This document shows, in pieces, positions 60,275 through 64,000 of a stretch of DNA of 64,000 nt (the first letter of the stretch is position 1; the number at the start of each line of letters is the position of its first letter). Where the stretch lies: contig NW_027266264.1 of NCBI RefSeq assembly GCF_022045235.1, forward strand, positions 64,108,001 to 64,172,000. Reading direction: 5' to 3'. The notes under the pieces were generated by a model. The model saw only the letters and a program-made list of their open reading frames with translations. It ran no database searches and was not told the origin of the DNA. Position numbers and translations under genes: made by a program. Source of the DNA: Haliotis cracherodii. Taxonomy: Eukaryota.

Positions 60275-60475
60275 ATAGTATGTCATTTACATCACGGCTT
60301 GTCAGTTTCATGTGGGAGGTCTTAGACGCTTACCACTTTGGTGAAATCAACGAACAAGGATACACGTATGGCTCTAATGAACCAAGAAACATATTGGATT
60401 TCAACCCATGATCACAGGTTTTTGGCAAGCTTTAGACAGAAACCGCGAATTGCGGCACCTTAGACGAGGAGCCAA
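60275..60475 (-). mobile_element. Degenerate SINE family D copy
   Basis: atcacggcttgtcagtttcatgtgggaggtcttagacgcttaccactttggtgaaa...ccttagacga. Confidence 0.65.
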
Positions 60476-60984
60476 AGGAACCCCAGGTGCCCACATCAGT
60501 ACGATNNNNNNNNNNNNNNNNNNNNNNNNNNNNNNNNNNNNNNNNNNNNNNNNNNNNNNNNNNNNNNNNNNNNNNNNNNNNNNNNNNNNNNNNNNNNNNN
60601 NNNNNNNNNNNNNNNNNNNNNNNNNNNNNNNNNNNNNNNNNNNNNNNNNNNNNNNNNNNNNNNNNNNNNNNNNNNNNNNNNNNNNNNNNNNNNNNNNNNN
60701 CTCACACGGATGTTATCCTTTTATTATCTGCACTTTGTACTTTGCAATATTTACAACAATCCTAAGCTAACTGTACCATAATGAAACCAACAGTGAATGG
60801 TTGTGATCGGTTGTGATGCATATCACTTCATTAATGATGCTGTCTAACGTCGGCAATACGTCAATGATGACATCAAATCGTAAACTTCGTACATATTTTT
60901 AATGACACGCTTTTGTTAAGCCATGTACATATCGTTTATCAGTTTTAGAAATTACAAATATATTGTAATTTTTTACATTAACTG

Positions 60985-61440
60985 CTATGAACTGTTATCA
61001 CTTAAACAATATCATGAACTGCTGTCAACGTTTACACATTAGCATTGACCTGCACGTGAACCTTATTATATACTGTCAAACATTTAAACATCATTACAAA
61101 CTGTCAACACGTAAACCTTATTATATACTGTCAAACATTTAAACATCATTACAAACTGTCAACACGTGAACCTTCTTATATACTGTCAAACATTTAAACA
61201 TCATCATAAACTGTCAACATGTAAACGTCATCACAAACTGCCAATACCTTAACACCGTCATAAACTTAAACATCACCATCAACTATCACAATGCAAGAAT
61301 AATCATAAACTGTCGACGATTAACGGCGTTCTGAACTGTCAACTAGTCTTGAAAATCATCATAAACTATCAACACTTAAACATTATCATAAACTGCCAAC
61401 ACGTAAACGTCATCATAAACTGTAAAAACAAAAACATCAT
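60985..61440. repeat. Degenerate tandem array of about 26-29-bp subunits (AAACTGTCAACAC..AAACATCATCAT), locally 55-bp dimers
   Basis: Recurring aaactgtcaa and aaacatcat motifs. Confidence 0.8.
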
Positions 61441-61446
61441 GATCTG

Positions 61447-61696
61447 AGTGAGTGAGTGAGCTGTGTTTAACGCCGCTTTTAACAGTGTTCCAGTTATATC
61501 ACGGGTGTCTGCTTAATAAGGGAGGTGATGCGGGTCTCAGACGTTTACCACTTCGGTGAAACCCACGAGCACGGGTTTGAGAGAGATAATACGGGCGAAT
61601 CGGGATTCGAACCCACAATCATAGGTTTCTGGCATGCCCAAGGGACGCAACTCTGCACAGCAGACTGTGGCGCCTTAGACGACTGGGCCACCCACT
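61447..61696 (-). mobile_element. SINE family D, near full length, tRNA-Leu-like head
   Basis: A-box TGGCCCAGTCG followed by TCTAAGGCGC; B-box GGTTCGAATCC; (TCAC)n tail; probable TSD tcatgaWctg at 61437-61446 and 61697-61706. Confidence 0.85.
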
Positions 61697-62414
61697 TCAT
61701 GAACTGTCAAAAACAAAAACACAATAAACACCAAATACAACATTAAGAACTGACAACAGATAAATAATAGCATGTGGCACACCAACAACACATGTTCAGC
61801 GTTTAAAGGTCGAGGTAAGGAATCTAACTCACCTCTAAACATAGCCTTTGTTAAAGTGTGCCTGTAGTAACTATATGAAATCAAATCAAAGAGGAATACA
61901 GGTCTTTTGAGGCGACTCTAATATAATTACCATGTGAGCACCCTCCACCACTTCTAGATGAAGGGACGAAATTACCTCCGACAAACCAGCTGATTACAGA
62001 CAGTTTATTCTGGCTTATTCTGCGATAAGGACATCTAGGGCTATGACCATTTGACCATCGATATCCACCTGACCATTCGCCTGCCTGACAAGAACCAAAG
62101 GTACATGCGTATACCTTGTCATACACATGAGTTAATATTCACTGTACATGTTCATCGCTATCATATCATTTCTTGTAATTGTTTTTTCTGTTTAAAGATT
62201 ATTTTACTGTCACGAATTCACCGAATACAGGTATAATATATACATATTGATACTACGTAGATAATTGCTAAACTATACACCTTTTCAGAATATGGCGCAA
62301 GTGTTTTTTACTTCAAATTTGACTTCTGCGTACTTATCATCAAAAAGTGTTTCATGAAAGGATACGAGGCAATGTACTACATAACATCAATGCGCGAGAA
62401 TGACAAGTCTGCCG

Positions 62415-62535
62415 AAACAGAATCATTCCATTGGGCGTGAAAGGCAAAATAGCGGTGAAAATCATATGAATGGATTACTGCAAATCAGTGATGGCTCCGG
62501 GTGTTCGCGGAAACGGCAACCGTGTCCTGCTAAAC
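62415..62535 (-). mobile_element. Contiguous E+F repeat copy
   Basis: Segment F runs directly into the reverse complement of the family E core (tcagtgatggctccgggtgttcgcggaaacggcaaccgtgtcctgc). Confidence 0.65.
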
Positions 62536-62609
62536 GTGTAGCACCAGCCTAAACAATAAGAGAAACACAAACACTACACATATCAACTCACATCCTGGTG
62601 ATGGCGTAG

Positions 62610-63290
62610 ATCTATCATGGTGGTGCCGTAGTTATACCTTGTGGCGCCGTATTTATACCTTGGTGGTGCAGTAAATATATGATGGCGATGCCGTAGTTAT
62701 ACCTTTATGGTTCCGTAGTTATATCATGATGATGCCGTATTTATACCTCGGTGGTGCAGCAGTTATACCCTTGTGGTGCCGTAGTTATACTATGGTGAGA
62801 ACGTAGTTATACCATGGTAATGCCGTGGTTAAACCTTTTGTGGTGCCGTAGTAATACCATGGTGATGCCTTAGTTATACCTTGTGGTGTCGTAGTTATAC
62901 CATGGTGATGCCTTAGTTATAACTTGTGGTGTCGTAGTTATACCATGGTGATGCCGTAACAATAACATGGTGATGCCAAAGTTAAAGCTTTGTGGTGCCG
63001 TAGTTATACCATGGTGATGCCTTAGTTATACATTGTGGTGTCGTAGTTATACCATGGTGATGCCTTAGTTATACCTTGTGGTGTCGTAGTTATACCATAG
63101 TGATGCCTTAGTTATACCTTGTGTTGCCGTAGTTATACCATGGTGATGCCTTAGTTATACCATGTGGTGTCGTAGTCATACCATGGTGATGCCGTAACAA
63201 TAACATGGTGATGCCGTAGTTATATTCTGAGGATGCCATTGTTATATTCTGGAGACACCCTTGTTATATCACAGTGATGTCATAGTGATG
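62610..63290. repeat. Minisatellite of 22-23-bp units (GCCGTAGTTATACCATGGTGAT / GCCTTAGTTATACCTTGTGGT) with local dimeric higher-order structure
   Basis: About 28-30 repeats of the tagttatacc core. Confidence 0.92.
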
Positions 63291-63397
63291 CCGAAGTTGT
63301 GTTCATATCGTATAAATTCACTCATCGAACTGATGTCATGCAGTTGGACGTAAGTCAAAATGTTATACAGTATGTAACACTGCAAACTACATCTACA

Positions 63398-63610
63398 CAA
63401 TCATACCGTGATCATACAGTGATCATACTGTGGTTATACCCTGGTAATACAGTGGTCATACTCTGTCATACTCTGGTCATACAGAGGTCATTCAGTGATC
63501 ATACCCTGGGCATACAGTGATCATATCCTGGTCAAACCCTGATCATACAGTTGTCTTGTAGTAGCCATATCGCGGTCATGCAGTGGTCATACCCTGGTCA
63601 TGCAGTTAAC
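63398..63610. repeat. Degenerate 11-bp tandem repeat (GGTCATACCCT / GGTCATACAGT)
   Basis: Direct reading. Confidence 0.75.
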
Positions 63611-64000
63611 ATATAGTGGCCTAGCTGAGGTCAAACTAATGTCACACAGAGCTCAATACTACTCGCCGTCACTCTAATCACTCAGATGTGATGTTGTAGT
63701 CATACAGTGGTATTACGACGGTCCTACCGTGGGATGTCAATAGTCATCACGTTGCCATGAATAATATTAGCGTCTTAGACATATACGTTCTTGCAAGCGT
63801 TATACGTATAAATATTGTAAGCAATAGGTATTATGAAAATGGTCGCATTTGCTAGCATAATTAGAATAAAAGAAATGTCATTCTTGTAATCTTATATCGG
63901 CAATATAGACATGGTTGTTCTTGGAAGCGCAATGGTATTATATTGGCAACGTAACTGGACACGTAACCAGAATGTTGCTGAACCGTTTATAGCGTAAAAC

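Noticed and set aside
54130-64000. A second tandem nAChR paralogue upstream
   Set aside because: No nAChR-like exons recognised; the region is repeats and unique non-coding DNA.

Overview
AT-rich eukaryotic (animal) genomic DNA with six N-gaps. The repeat content suggests a mollusc, possibly a gastropod such as abalone; this is inference from recalled repeat motifs. One protein-coding gene dominates the window: a minus-strand nicotinic acetylcholine receptor alpha subunit (Cys-loop, vicinal YACC, cation-type GEK ring). Four coding exons can be reconstructed with canonical GT-AG junctions and matching phases: 53192-52989 (204 nt), 10872-10828 (45 nt, missed by the ORF track), 5967-5858 (110 nt) and 5076-4095 (982 nt), 447 aa in total. 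Intron 1 is about 42 kb. The last (M4) exon was not found and probably lies left of base 1. The introns and upstream DNA contain at least four short retroposon families sharing one 3' tail, a decayed Tc1 (D34E) element, several MITEs, decayed RT fragments, degenerate hammerhead-like palindromes and several minisatellites. The most novel-looking signal is a head-less retroposon family whose fixed 5' end folds into a stem/pseudoknot with compensatory substitutions between copies. No prokaryotic-type system, CRISPR array or bona fide RNA gene was seen.
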